Shown: piece after piece, positions 1 to 16,295 of the stretch
Position numbering within the stretch: position 1 is the stretch's first letter
How the letters are laid out: the number at the start of each line of letters is the position of its first letter
From: the human T2T-CHM13v2.0 reference genome, Homo sapiens
Assembly (NCBI RefSeq): GCF_009914755.1
Contig: NC_060926.1
DNA length: 64,000 nt
Reading direction: 5' to 3' (one strand)
Notes under the pieces: model-generated
What the model saw: only the letters and a program-made list of their open reading frames with translations
What the model was told of the DNA's origin: nothing
Databases searched by the model: none
Made by a program: the position numbers and the translations under genes

Positions 1-144
1 TTTATACAGCAGGAAAATGAGCCTTTTGCTTCTGATATATATTTTTGTCTAGATTGTTTTTTGACATTGCTTAATAGAGACTCTTTTGTGGGTCTTTTGT
101 GACAGTTAGGTTTTTAGTCTTAGAAATGGCTTCAGCAGTCTAAT

Positions 145-175
<31 letters not shown>

Positions 176-498
176 TCACCAGTCTAATATTTAAAAAGCA
201 AATGAACAAGCTTCTTGCTATGGTTTGCAGAAATTTTGGGGGTAGTCCTACTTGTTTACTTTTCCATAGGAACATTATAATCAGCCTGGTTTCTTTTTAA
301 GTTCATTATTTTTACGTGGATTGCATTTAAAATTTACAGATTAACCTAAGAGGAGGTGAAATTCATGAAGTACTGTTGGGACTCCCTATTTGTTCTAGTT
401 TTCTTCTGAGTTCATTGCACAGTGGAAGTCCCCAGGAATTTAATATTTTTTCCACTATTATAATAGAAGAAAATATGCCATTAACATCTTAAAAAAAA

Positions 499-796
499 TT
501 TTTTTAAAAGACAGGGTCTCACTCTATCGCCCAGTCTGGTGTGCAAGCGGCTCGATCATAGCTCACTGCAGCCTTGAACTCCTGGGCTCAAGCGATCCTC
601 TCAGAGGCCTCAGCCTCTAGAGTAGCTGGGACTGCAGATGCACACCGCCATGCCTGGCTAATTTTTAAATTTGGTGTAGAGATGGGAGTATTGCTATGTT
701 GTCCAGGCTTGGTCTTGAACAATTGGCCTCAAGTTGTCTTCCCACCTCGGCCTTCCAAAATGCTGACATTATAAGCATCAGCAACCGCACCTAGCC
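499..796 (-). mobile_element. Alu (AluJ-like)
   Basis: Reverse-strand Alu dimer, T tract at left, ...gacagggtctcactct... Confidence 0.92.
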
Positions 797-898
797 CTCA
801 TTAATATCTTTTGATTATTAATTTGGCATCAGGATTATTAAAAGCTCTTCAGGTGATTCTGATACAGTGAGTGGACAAGGAGCAGGAAGGGAGGGATA

Positions 899-1224
<326 letters not shown>

Positions 1225-1809
1225 TCAGCTGGCTGTAATTCAGGAAGAAGTATTTTGTCACTGATATTGTTTAAATTGCCAGCCTATGGTGATAATTAAA
1301 AAAACCAGACAGGGTAAAGATTTTATTATTGTTTATAAATTCTCTGCAGCAAGGCACCCATCATTGCCTGTACCCAGGGCCAACCACTCACTCCCCTTGG
1401 TACAGCCTGTTCTAAAGAGCAGTCAAGGTTGAAAAGCGTTGTCTTGGAGTCTTCCAACTCTCTCCCACGTCTCTCCACACTCAATCACTTCATGTGTCCC
1501 GTTCAGGCTACCTCTTACATTTTCTTCACTTCTTTCCCCTCTTCTCTGTCCTTCTGCCATGAGTCTAGTAGAGGCCTCCAGCATCTTTTCTCAGGACTCT
1601 GGTTTCACTCTTTACTAATCTATCTTCCACATTGCTTCCAGCCCAGATACTATGTCTTTAAGCACTGATGGGATTCTATTACCTCCCATCCTTTCAGCTG
1701 AGCCCTGTCTACTTGCCCAGCATCCTTCCTGCCATTCCCCACGAAATTATCTCTCTAGACCAGAGCACTGCATTTCCATTTGGAACAAACCACTCTCCCA
1801 TGTACCTGA

Positions 1810-2109
<300 letters not shown>

Positions 2110-2859
2110 TGAGTTCTTATAGAATAGGGGACTGGATATTACAAGCAGTGTGTTTAGGAAACTAGATTCAGGATCTACTAGGTACCAGGCTCTGAACTAA
2201 AGATTTTGCCCATTCTACATCATGATATCCACTGTGCTGATGCGGAAACTAGGGCTCAGAAAGGCCCAAGACCACAGTGTTTCCATGCCAGCCTCAGCAT
2301 GCCACCATGCCCTTCTCATGCGGATTGTTGGAGGGGTATACCTATGGCTCTATGTCCATTAGGATGAGAAGATCAGGCATGACAGGCCTCACATTTGGGA
2401 TGGCCTTGGATGGGACTCCCTGGCAACATTTCACAGTGGCCTTTTCCTTATCTTCTGTGACACTGACGGCATCTGTGGACAGGTGCTGGGTTACACCTTG
2501 TGTGTGGAGAGCATAAATAATCCAGCTCCGTGTCAATTGATTTATAGTCAGATTTCCTGGTGCTGATTTGCCTCCTGACTACTTTTCCCCTGAATTTAAC
2601 TCCAATCCAGTACAGATGTCTTATTTTTTAATCTTTCTGATATATTTCAGATGTCATAAAGCCAGTTTGTCTAAGGGCATTTTAAACTTAGCACATTCAG
2701 TGACTGTTGCGAGTGGTGGAGGTTTGTCAGGCTTTGGGACTGGCCAGCCCCTTTGAACATCTTTCTTATGTTTTGGAACTTTTCTGCATTATGGCTCCTC
2801 ACCCCCTGAGCCCACTTTCCCAGATTCTCTTGCAGCGAGGGCATGGGAATGTGATCCAA

Positions 2860-3232
2860 GCTCTGCCAACCAGCTGTAAAGTGCCAATTTGGAAATAAAT
2901 ACCATAAGATAGGAGGTGCCATGCAGAATTCCTTTTATCAAGGGTGCTGAGAGACAGATATTCAGCTGTCAAAGGTGGCTGTGGCACCTCCAGGCTAAAT
3001 AGCATCCCATGTTCAGTGTCAGGAGTGTGGGCAGAGATGCCAGCCCAGTAGCCATAGCAATAGCATCTCCCCTGGCAGAGTTTAGTGGTATAACTCGAGC
3101 ATCACTCTTGGCTCAGTTAGCCTCTGAGCCTGATCCTCTGGCCCTCCTGAAGAGCCTGCAAGGGACTTAAATATTCTTCAATAAACTCATTTTCTGTATA
3201 AATTAGCTTGAATGGGTTTTGTTTGCAACTGT
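2860..3232 (+). mobile_element. Old ERVL-class solo LTR (LTR16-like)
   Basis: 3' end aataaactcattttctg...ttagc...gttttgtttgcaac resembles LTR16/LTR33 ends; family assigned by eye. Confidence 0.55.
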
Positions 3233-4137
3233 GACAGATAAAGTGGGGTGTTGTGTATCTGTGTGGCTTCCACTTTTCTAACTGCTTTCCATTTTCTTTC
3301 TTTCCCAATCCCTCAAATACATACATTATAATTGAACTATAAAACATAGGGCACAGTATTAAATGTAATAGGATGCATAGACTCATGAGTATTTACATGC
3401 AGGGCAGGTCCACCCTCAGTCTTAAAATTTTCTACATAATACCATCGCTTATGATATGCTGCAAACTTGATAAATCCTAATTAGAAAAAGGAATATTTGG
3501 CAGTTGGAGGTCATTTGGCAAAGTGGTCTCTTCCCAGGATATAGCTCCCTGGAGCCTGATGGCTAGGCTAAGGTCAGTCATATGTGGAACCAGCACCAGC
3601 AGTAGCCTTGTGTTAAGATCAGGAAGCTGCATTTGCATCTGTCAGACCACCCTTGGCCAACTCTAGCCTGTGGCTCTGTCTCTTCCTCCTTCAGAACTCC
3701 ACCATGTATAAAGACAGATACATATTTGGCTCTTAATGATAGGCTTTTCTATTCTGTAATATTTGTTTCATGTGTTCGTTTATATCTCTGACTAAACAGT
3801 TAATCCCTCAGGTGCAAGACCCACATTTTGTGTTTCTTTTTGTATTTCACTTTGAGGAGAGTGTCCTGAACACTGTAAGGGTTTACTAATCTTTGCTGAT
3901 TGATTTCCTTCCTAGGGCTGTGGAATATAAATTACATGACCATTTGTCTCTTCAATTTTCAACATCTCTGTGTGTGCATGTGTGTACATGTGCACGTATG
4001 TATAAGAGAGATCTGAGATTCAATAAATAATAAACTTGAGGAATGGAGTTCAGAGGCAGAAGAACCACAGAAACAAGTCAGCCTTATGTGGGTAGCCTCC
4101 CCTCCGTTTGTTGTGTATCAATTGGGGTTAATAACAA

Positions 4138-4432
4138 TTTTTTTTTTTTTTGAGACCTGTCTCGCTCTGTCCCCTAGGCTGAAGTGCAGTGGCATGATCT
4201 CTGCTCACTGCAAGCTCCGCCTCCCGGGTTCACGCCATTCTCCGGCCTCAGCCTCCTGAGTAGCTGTGACTACAGGCGCCCACCACCATACCCGGCTATT
4301 TTTTCTGTATTTTTAGTAGAGATGGGGTTTCACCGTGTTAGCCAGGATGGTCTCGATCTCCTGATCTCATGATCCGCCCACCTCGGCCTCTCAAAGTGCT
4401 GGGATTACAGGCATGAGCCACTGTGCCTGGCC
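4138..4432 (-). mobile_element. Alu (AluY-like)
   Basis: Reverse-strand dimer; ataacaat on both flanks. Confidence 0.95.
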
Positions 4433-4947
4433 TATAACAATACTGATTCCAAACACCTCCCAGGATTACTGGGAACTTTGTAAGAGATAACATGTACTTA
4501 AAGTTCCTTATGATTATTATCCGGTTCACATGAAATGGGACCACAGAGGGGAGTGGAGAAGAGGCATTAAAACTAGTGTGTGAAGAAAGTATCATAGCTG
4601 ACCCAACCCCACTGGCTTTGGTTCTACCTGCCTGGAGACAATACATTTTGTAGCACCAGGCTATTGAATTTCCATCCGATTCTAGGCAGCAGGCATCCTC
4701 CTCTTCATTTTCCTTCACCCACCCCAGCCAAATCCATCAGTTCCACCTCTGACTTCACAATACCTAAACCCATAACCTTCCTCCCTGCCCCACTCTCATC
4801 TTGGCTTAGGTCCTAGTCTTACCTTATAGCTTCTGCCTCTTTCTGCCTTTGGTCTCTGACCTCTTTCCCTCCCCATCCACATGGAGGGCAGTTATGGCCC
4901 TAAAAAAGCAAACGCGATTGTATAATTTCCTGCTTTGAGAATCTTGG

Positions 4948-5261
<314 letters not shown>

Positions 5262-5709
5262 GAATCTTTGTTAAATATCTAAGTCTATATATTTATGGTG
5301 TCTATATCTGAAGAGGAAAGCCCAGTTATGAGGCTGTTCCAGTCAGGTGAGAGATAACTGGGCATATGATCTAGGGTAGACAGAGAAATGGGAAAAGATT
5401 TGGGAAATAATATATAAAACTATAAACTCTATGTGTGTGTGTATTGTTACACAACATGTGAACAGTAGTCATCTCTAAGATTCTTCTATGAATTCATTCA
5501 ATAAACGTTTATTGCATGTCTGCCATGCGTCAGGCACCATTTTAGGCACTGCAAACTTGAAGGAATGACAGACACAGACCCTGCTGTCTTTTAGCTTATC
5601 ATCTATTGAGGAGAGGAAGAACATAGCGAAAATAAATAGGAAATCAACTAGGGCCAAGTGATAGTGACTTGGGGAACTATTTGAGATAAACTGGTCAAGG
5701 AAAGCCTGA

Positions 5710-6440
<731 letters not shown>

Positions 6441-7374
6441 TGAGGAGGTATCTGAGTGGAACGTCAATGAGGAGGAAGAATGAGTTGGAGACAGGCCTGG
6501 AGAAGAATATTCTAGATAGAAGGAAAAGGAAGAGCAAAGACCCTTGGGTGAGAAAGAGTTTGTATTTTTGAGGAAAGCATGCTAGTGTGAATGCCAAGCA
6601 GTATTCTGTGGGAAGATCTCAGGAGGTGTCTAAGGGCATGGAGATAAGTGGTCAGATGCACGGTCTGTTTTATAGGTGGAATTAACTGCTTGCTGATGGA
6701 TTGACTGGCTGTGAGGGTGAGTGGCAAGAAGGAATCGAAGATGAGTTAGGGTGGATGGCGATGCCATTTGCTGAGACAACTGGGAAAGAAAAAGATTTGG
6801 GAAAAAAAGTTGAGTTCAGCTTTGGACATGTTAAGTGTGATATGCTAGTCACTTCAGTGGAGATGACAAATGGCAAGCTGGAGAAATAAGCCTGCAACTC
6901 CAGGAGAGGACCTCGCTGTAGATTTACTATGGTGAGTCATCAGCATGCATATGATATAACAGTCATGGGGCTAGGAAGTTAGTTTCTCCTCAGGGAGTTT
7001 GAAACTGTAACTAGTTCAGAGAAGAGGGTGGAGGGCAGCCCCGAATACCCCAGCATTTACCAATAGAGCAAACAGGGACTCAGGAGCCTGGGGAGTGAGG
7101 TTAGCCGGAAACCCTCAGAGTGGAGCACTGGTGCTCTTACTGAGAGAGGAAGGTGTGTCCAGATGGAGGATGTGATTAACTGTCCTCAACATCCCTGAGA
7201 GAAGGAGTAAGACAAGGGCAGGGAAGAGAAGAGAATGCAAGATTTGGCAACATGTAGGTCATTATGATGACTATGACAAAAGCAGTTTGAGCTCAATTCT
7301 GTGTGGAGTATAGGGAAGGAGGGTTGAGGACGTGCATTTAGAAGGGTACATAGTTCTCAAGAAGTTTTGCTGAG

Positions 7375-7487
7375 CACATCTGTAATCCCAGCTATTTGGG
7401 ACGCTGAAGTGGGAGGACTGCTTGAGCCCAGGAGTTCAAGACCAGCCTGGGCAACATATCGAGTCCCTGCTTTAAAAAAAAAAAAAA
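7375..7487 (+). mobile_element. FLAM/Alu monomer
   Basis: Monomer plus A tail; TSD gaagttttgctgag at 7361-7374 and 7489-7502. Confidence 0.9.
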
Positions 7488-7510
7488 GGAAGTTTTGCTG
7501 AGAGGCTAGA

Positions 7511-8850
<1,340 letters not shown>

Positions 8851-8982
8851 AGCCGTGAGCGATGATTGGCTGCGCCACGGCGGCGGGCGGTCCGTGGGCG
8901 CACACACCCTCCCCGCGCAGCCAATGGGCGTGCGCACGTCACTGATCCGGAGGCCCGCGGGCCGGCAGCCCCTCAATAAGCC

Positions 8983-9436
8983 ACATTGTTGCATGAAACT
9001 CCGGCGCAGGAGTCCCGGGCTGCCGCTGGCAACATCGTGTCACCCAGCTAAGAAAATCCGCGGGCCCGAGCCACGCGCCTGTGAATCGGAGAGGTCCCAC
9101 TGCCCGAGTGGAGCCGGGCTGAGATTCTTCTCAAGTTGAGCCTCAGTGATCCTGTGGCCGAAGTTAGCGCCTTGACGTGGGACAACTGGACACGTCGCCA
9201 GGAGAGAACTGAGGCGCCTTCTAGCAGTTGTGACGCCAAAATCACGTCTCCGGAGACCCGCGCCCTCCGCCAGCCGGGCGCACCCTCGCCGGTAGCCTTC
9301 TTTGTGCGCCGTCCGGACTCCCAGCTCCCGGCCCGGCAGCCGAGCCCCAGCACAAAGCAGTCGGACCGCGCCGCCCGCCTTCCCTCTCGCGTCTCCGCCT
9401 CGGTTTCCCAACTCTGCGCCGTCGGGCCGCGGCAGG
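8983..9436 (+). other. HK2: HK2 5' UTR (TSS approximate, ~8983-9006)
   Basis: Lies between the TATA-like box and the start codon; GC-rich; exact TSS cannot be fixed from sequence alone. Confidence 0.7.
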
Positions 9437-9499
9437 ATGATTGCCTCGCATCTGCTTGCCTACTTCTTCACGGAGCTCAACCATGACCAAGTGCAGAAG
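9437..9499 (+). CDS. HK2: Hexokinase-2 exon 1 coding part ([21 protein letters not shown]; mitochondrial-binding N-terminal helix)
   Basis: ATG at 9437; 63 nt; donor AAG|gtaagt at 9500; peptide is the recognisable HK2 N-terminus. Confidence 0.99.
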
Positions 9500-9831
9500 G
9501 TAAGTCAGCGCGGGCGGGGCGGCAGGCTGGGCTCTGGCAAAGTGGTCTGGCCTCCATCAGTCTCTTCCTCGACCCTGCGGGGACCCGCTTCCTCCCTACT
9601 CGGGGCCTGGGAGCGGAAAAAGTTTGGGCAGCCGGGACACTCCTGGGCGCCAGGAGCCACGTCCGCTAAGCACAGCCGGCGAGTGCGCGCGGGCGGGGAG
9701 CCGAGGTCGCGCTCCGCCGGGCGCCCTCCCTCCCTGAGCTCCGGCACGCGCTCACGCTCTCTCCCCCAGTCCCTTTTTCCCTGTTACTGGAGGGGCGGGT
9801 CACCCCGCAGGTAGTCAGGGATTGCTGCGCC

Positions 9832-9882
9832 CACGTGGGAGGGAGCCCCCTTCTGCAGCGCGAGTTCCGGCGAGAGCACGTG
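9832..9882. promoter_or_regulatory. Pair of canonical E-boxes in intron 1 (MYC/MAX-type; contain the RCGTG HIF core)
   Basis: CACGTG at 9832-9837 and 9877-9882 inside the CpG island. Confidence 0.75.
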
Positions 9883-11919
9883 GAGAGAATCGTGGCTGCG
9901 GGAGGCTGCTCCGCTGCCGCGTGGGGCCGCCGGGGGCCGTCCGCGCTCGCGGACCGCGTGTAGGAGACGAGCGGTTCCCTTCTCCTTCCCCGCGGCCCTG
10001 CGGGGGTGGGCTCGAGGAGAAGCTGACCCGGGAAGGAGTAGGAAAGGGGCAGAGGAACTCCGCCCGCCGCGCCCCCTCCCCGGAACTGTGGCGCCCGGAA
10101 CTGAGGCTCGGCGAGGGGCGTCCCCCATTAACCCCCGCCCCTCCAAATCAGCCTCGGGACCGCCCAGCCTCGTGTCCTCAGGATCTGCCTCTGAGTAAGG
10201 GGAGGACTTTGGTTGTTACTTTCTGGTTTGCCCTAAAAGTTACTCGGAGAGGCCAACGCGCCGCGTTCCTGGATTACTTGAGATTCTTGAGATTTATGTC
10301 CTTCCGAAAACGAGCTTTTTTTTCCTTAAGCCTCGACCTGTCTGTTCCCACCTGGCTCCGCAGCTCCCTATGGCTGAGCGCTCACCGCGGCCGGGTCATT
10401 TACATAAGAAAGAGCCTCAGGCCAAGCCGGGAAGCTCTCATTCCCCGCCTCGGGGTATGGGGGTGGGGATGGGGCCGGGGCCGGGGACGGGCAGGGCCAG
10501 GGGCGCGCTCAGAATTGAGTTTCTGAAATGCCCGGGATTAGGGGATTGGCTCCTGGCCCGGGCCTGGGCTACGATTTGAGGTAGGGGACAAGTTGGGAAG
10601 GGATTAGCTGGAGGGAGGTTGTTTTAAGAGCTGTGAGGCAACGGAGCGTTGCTCAGTTACATACTTGGAATTTCAATATCTGATGGGAACACATTTTTGG
10701 GAAAATGTCTTGCCATTACCGTTCTGTGCGACAACCTGCTCATATTCCCATTCTGGCGGTCCCGAGGGCATAGGAGGCATATTAATGTAGTGATGGCGCG
10801 TGAACCTCCAAGAAAAGCAGAAGTTACCCAGCCTCAAGTCTGGAGGAGCGAGCAGAGGCGGTTGATTTACTTGGGTTTTACTGTTTGTAAATGGCTGTTA
10901 TTCTCTAATTCCTGGGATGTGGCTCTGCACCTTGATTCAGTTTACTTAAAAACGTGCCTTTGATTTGAGCTGGCAGGATCTTGGTAACTTCTCAACTTCT
11001 AAGAACTCTTGGGGAAGGCTATCATCTCTTGGCAAGTCCTAAAATACACAGTGGAGCGTCATTAATCTCAGGGAGTTCTCCTTTGGGTATTACCCCAGGA
11101 CATTTGAATCCTTGCATAAATTTACTCTTCCTCAATCCAGAGGAGGGCACCAGGGTTGGAACCCCGTTGGAGTTATACCACTCTCAATCTTGGAATGGGG
11201 GTCATCTCTCTTCCCCCAGAGTGGAACGGGAATTAACCAGGGTATCTGGAAATGAGTTGTAATCTCTGTCTTGTGGTTTATTAACCATAGCACCCTGAGC
11301 CTCTTTGGACAGCCCGTTTCTCTTTGTGAAATGCAATAATAACAGTAGGCTTGTCCACTTTATGGAGTTGCGATTATTAAGCGCTGCAGTGTGCAACTGT
11401 CATTCCTGTAGGTTTTCTCTACCCTTGCAGCCACCTGTCAGTTTGAGAAGTGTCCCTGAAGACCCTTGGGTGTATTTCCTCTAAACTACCAATAGGGGCA
11501 GAATTGAATCAGGCCTTTAACTCAGTAATTGTCAGAACCTGGGATTTGACTCCCAGCTTAGGTGAGCGAAGCTGTTTGATTCCAGTGGCAGTTACATAGA
11601 AAGCAGAGACTCAGAGTATCTTGGAACCATCTTTCTGAGCTGCCATTGGAAAGAAGAATTAAGAGAGAAGAATGAAAATTTAGTATAACTTTAGAGTCTT
11701 TTGAAAAGACCTTTTGATTTGGACCCTTCTGAAATCCCCTTGTGATAAGATAATCTTACATATTCTGGGTTGTAGTCTGAGGACGTGGAAGGCTTGGGTT
11801 CACCTGCCCAACGAGGTCACTTGTCGTCTCCTGATGGACAAGCCCAGTGTTTTGGGGCATTAGAGATGAGAATCAGGGTTATTTCCTCACTTTTGCCAAT
11901 TGGAACTCAGGAGCGACTG

Positions 11920-12130
11920 CAGAGCACCTACTGTGTACCTGGCACTGTTCTAAGCTCTTAGGTATGTCAGCTTATTAACATTCAAATCAGCCCCATGAGG
12001 TGAAGACTGATTGTTATTAGCATCCCTGTTTAACTGAGGCCCAGGGGTAACTTGCCCAAGGTCTCCAGCTTTTCTGTACGAGCTGGGAATCGAAGCCATG
12101 CATTTGGCTTTAGAGCACCATGCTCTTGAG
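11920..12130 (-). mobile_element. MIR
   Basis: gagcacctactgtgtacctggcactgttctaagc...actgaggcccag...aacttgcccaagg. Confidence 0.75.
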
Positions 12131-12528
12131 CACATACTTGCCTGTCTCTGGGGAATGTGAGCGGGCTCCTGGCCCGGGCCTCTGCCCACTCCTGGCTGCT
12201 GGTAGCACCCCCACCCATCATGACCACAGATGGAACTAGCTCTTCTGTTGGTTTGATCAGTGGCACCAGTACCCTCTGGCTACTCCAGCTGAGAGTCCTG
12301 GATTCATTTTCATCAACTCTCTAACTCTGTCAACTGGTCTCTTGGTTACTTTGGAGGCCTGCTAAGGGTGTCCCTAAAACTCTTTCTGGAGCCAGACTGG
12401 ATCATTTCAGGAGCTCTCTACAGCTCTTAATTGCCTCCCGCTTCTACCCCCCAGCTTAGCCTCATCTTCCTCTCCATCCTTTCATTCCTCTGTCCTGCCT
12501 GTTCACACTAGGTCCTTTTGCCCTTGTC

Positions 12529-12830
12529 TTTTTTTTTTTTTTTTTTTTTTTGAGACACAGTTTCACTCTGTCACCAGGCTGGAGTGCAGTGGCGCTATCT
12601 CTGCTTAGTGCAACCTCTGCCTCCCAGGTTCAAGCGATTCTCCTGCCTCAGCCTCCTGAGTAGTTGGGATTACAGGCATGCGCCACCATGCCCAGCTATT
12701 TTTTGTATTTTTAGTAGAGACAGGGTTTCACCATGTTGGCCAGGATGGTCTCGATCTCCTTACCTTGTGATCCACCTGCCTCAGCCTCCCGTAGTGTTGG
12801 GATTACAGGCGTGAGCCACCGCACGAGGCC
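12529..12830 (-). mobile_element. Alu (AluSc-like)
   Basis: Reverse dimer; tgcccttg TSD at 12519-12526 and 12831-12838. Confidence 0.95.
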
Positions 12831-13205
12831 TGCCCTTGCCATTTTTGTGGCCCTGAACTCTGCTTGGCTTCTTTCCACTTAACCCCTTCCAGCTCAAATG
12901 CAGTTTACTGTCTTAATTTTCTTTCTGCTTCCTTCTCCCCCTCCTGTGTGCCAACATTAGTGTGTTTGAACCTTGCATGACATTTGTTTCATTCCACCAT
13001 CTGTTAGAGTTGATGGTTTTCAGTTTGGGTTCCTTCCTCAGGGCAGGGAGAATCTTGGCTGTTAGGTTTGTCGCTGCAGTTCCTGGCCACTGGTGAGGTG
13101 CTCAGTGAGTACAAGAGTAAAGGAGGAGACCTTTCTGGAGAAAGAAGCTAAACCAGGGCTGCAGGAAGTGGAGGAGCTGGGCAGGGCCAGCTAGTCTTAG
13201 GCTAA

Positions 13206-13693
<488 letters not shown>

Positions 13694-14499
13694 GATTCTT
13701 TCTATTGATTGAGATAAGTTAGTATACAAGATGCAGGATTTTGTCATTTAAGAATGGAGAATCAGGGTTAACCATAGAGATAAAATGAAGTATATACTCC
13801 TTTCTCTGACCATTGACCAAATTGTTTTAATACGCATAGACTGGTGACATTTGCACTGGAATCCTGTAATAGACATAGCTCATGTAGATTCCTTGTTGTA
13901 TGAGCAAGGGGTGACCTTCAATGCTGGGCTTGAGAGGAATATCTTGGAAGCGAAAAGATTGAACAGAGACCCCAAGAGTCAAGAAAGCCAAGAATTTTAA
14001 TGTTTTTTTAAGAACCTACAGTGAGTGCAAGGCCCTCTGAGTGTGATATGGGAGACAGAAACCCAGATACTTTTCAGTTGTCTAGAGAGATATGGCTGCT
14101 AGGTCAAAAGAGTGAATTACCATGGGTGGGGCTGGAGTTAGAGCCTCAAGGAACCTTGGCACATTTTGGACACCTACCACGTGCCATTAGTCCGCACGTA
14201 TGGGATTAGAGTATCAAGAGTAAATTGCTGATTGAAACCTTAATAATATTATTTTTGTCTATGTTAATTTTGATTGGACAAACTGACATTGACAGGTACA
14301 ATTCACTCCATTTGTTCAATATGTAACATCTTGGTAACCTAACTCTGTCCCTTTCTCTGCTCAGAAGACAACTGATGGTAGTTAGGAATACTTTGTAGCT
14401 TTTGTTAACCATCCGTTTGTTTTATATTGCCAAACTTACATTTCAGAGAGAGCTAAGAAGCACTTTTTCCTCTACCTTTGAATGAATTAACTCCCCTGA

Positions 14500-15128
<629 letters not shown>

Positions 15129-15440
15129 TAAACATCACTTTTCAAAGTTGAACTTTTCCAGTACTCTGGGGAGTTTGGGGCAATTGGAGGTCCTTTTCCA
15201 AGGGAGGAATCAGAGCAACACAAACCACAGTTGGCAATGGGAGTAAGGAGATCTGATGAACTGAAAGAACTTGGAGCCCCAGAAAACTGGCTTCCTTTGT
15301 TCAGATACTTCCGGTTTAAAAGACCACATCTTGATAAGACGTTCCTCATTATCATCGTTGAGCTTTGAAGTCAGCAGGTTTGGTTTGTTTTCCAACACTG
15401 TACGTAGTCTGTCTTTGCCTTTTCAAAGCTGTGGGGGTTA

Positions 15441-15781
<341 letters not shown>

Positions 15782-16031
15782 TTAAATCCCCATAGCTCAC
15801 TGGACACGTCTTCATATCACACTCTGTGGATCACACACCATGCTTCCTTGTGCTGGAGTGGCTCTTTCTGCTTATCTTTAAAGCAGTTTTCTCAGCCTTG
15901 GTGCTATTGACATTTTGGGACAGATACGTTTTTTGTGAGGGGCTATCCCAGCCTATCATAAAGAGCAAGAATTTCCACCTTACTCAAATTTCCAGAGACA
16001 AAGCCTATCTTTTTAAAATTCTTCATTTAGA

Positions 16032-16295
16032 GCAGTAGTTTTCAAGTAGGAGTGATTTTATACCCCAGTGGACTTTGGCAATGTCTGGAGACATTTTTGG
16101 TTGTCACAAAGGTTTGGGTGAGTGTGTGTTACTGACATCTAGTAAGCAGAGGCAGGTTTGGGTGAGTGTGTGTTACTGATATCTAGTAAGCAGAGGCTAG
16201 GAATGTTGCTGAATATTCCACCATGCACAAGATAGCTCCCCACAACAAAAAATTACCTGGCCCAAAATGTCTACAGTGTCAAATTTGAGAAACTG
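16032..16295. mobile_element. MER20 (hAT-Charlie) with an internal 44-bp tandem duplication; inverted MER20 end-fragment at ~15884-15946
   Basis: ggcaatgtctggagacatttttggttgtcac...ggcccaaaatgtc...gagaaactg. Confidence 0.8.

Noticed and set aside
9822-10526. 234-aa ORF and other overlapping ORFs on both strands across the CpG island
   Set aside because: Arg/Pro/Gly-rich, no recognisable domain; long open frames are expected in very GC-rich DNA
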